From an uncultured delta proteobacterium (GTDB taxonomy: Bacteria; Desulfobacterota; RBG-13-43-22): a DNA stretch of 64,000 nt. This document shows positions 63,595 to 64,000 of the stretch, piece by piece (the first letter of the stretch is position 1; the number at the start of each line of letters is the position of its first letter). The notes below the pieces were generated by a model. That model was not told where the DNA came from and did not search any database. It saw only the letters and a list, made by a program, of their open reading frames with translations. Made by a program: the position numbers and the translations under genes. The stretch lies in NCBI GenBank assembly GCA_963711835.1, contig CAVQFQ010000011.1, positions 1 to 64,000 on the forward strand, written 5' to 3'.

Positions 63595-64000
63595 ATGAAC
63601 GATAACAGGAAGACCCAAGAGCAACTGATCCAAGAGTTGGAATATCTTCGCCGGAGGATTGCTGAACTTGAAAAATCAGAAACCGAGAGCAAGCGGGTGG
63701 AGGAGGCGCTGCGGGCGAGCGAGGAATTATTCAGGAGCTACTTGGAGTATGCCCCGGATGGCGTCTACATGAGCGATTTGGAAGGCAACTTCCTTTACGG
63801 CAACCGCAAGTGTGAAGAGATTATCGGTTACCGGCGTGAAGAGCTAATCGGTAAGAACTTTTTGGAATTGAACCTCCTGTCTGAAAATAGTCTAAACAAA
63901 GCCGCCCAGTTGCTCCAGGCGAGTATCGAGGGCAGGGCCACCGGCCCGGATGAGATTGAACTGACCAGCAAAGAAGGGCGCCTCATACCCGTTGAGATCA
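63595..64000 (+). CDS. PAS-domain signalling protein, 3' partial
   Basis: KTQEQLIQELEYLRRRIAELE, EEALRASEELFR, APDGVYMSDLEGNFLYGN, GY.REELIGKNF; open to the window end. Confidence 0.85.
   Translation, partial: MNDNRKTQEQLIQELEYLRRRIAELEKSETESKRVEEALRASEELFRSYLEYAPDGVYMSDLEGNFLYGNRKCEEIIGYRREELIGKNFLELNLLSENSLNKAAQLLQASIEGRATGPDEIELTSKEGRLIPVEI

Noticed and set aside
1-64000. Widespread frameshifts as pseudogenisation or programmed frameshifting
   Set aside because: Single-base indels, often in homopolymers, hit even mutS2 without accumulated stop codons; best explained by long-read error.
1-64000. CRISPR array, rRNA, tRNA, prophage
   Set aside because: No regularly spaced repeat-spacer array, cas or phage structural genes, or recognisable stable-RNA sequence.

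Overview
Bacterial chromosomal DNA. Gene content (CCG Fe-S proteins, DmsAB-like enzyme, ExeA, ChaN-PDZ, delta-type TrpD, sigma54 sites) suggests an anaerobic Desulfobacterota/deltaproteobacterium (inference). Many genes are broken by single-base frameshifts, often in homopolymers, most densely in 1-7000; I read these as long-read errors, not pseudogenes. Left to right: a GC-rich block with glycine/betaine-reductase component B genes (in-frame UGA = Sec) and a convergent TctABC transporter; a tandem DUF1566 protein; mutS2 and housekeeping genes; an RRM-infA pair; dmsAB-like, hbd and a catalytically degenerate trpD under a complete Trp attenuator; catabolic genes (sulfatase, hydrolases, amidases, CCG/FAD oxidoreductase, acyl-CoA ligases); vapBC; a cyclase-ATPase-TPR protein; an unusual IS with 25-bp TIRs; and an AT-rich 48.6-55.3 kb block bounded by promoter-bearing direct repeats. 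That block carries parA, exeA and a putatively sigma54-driven Ldt-Lpp-DpaA-like envelope-tether module with expanded coiled coils. No rRNA, tRNA, CRISPR array, reverse transcriptase or integrase was seen. Best leads: the Trp-attenuated pseudo-TrpD, the Lpp attach/detach module, a three-copy portable-promoter repeat, a recurring uORF+terminator leader, a hydrolase-AAA fusion and the IS.
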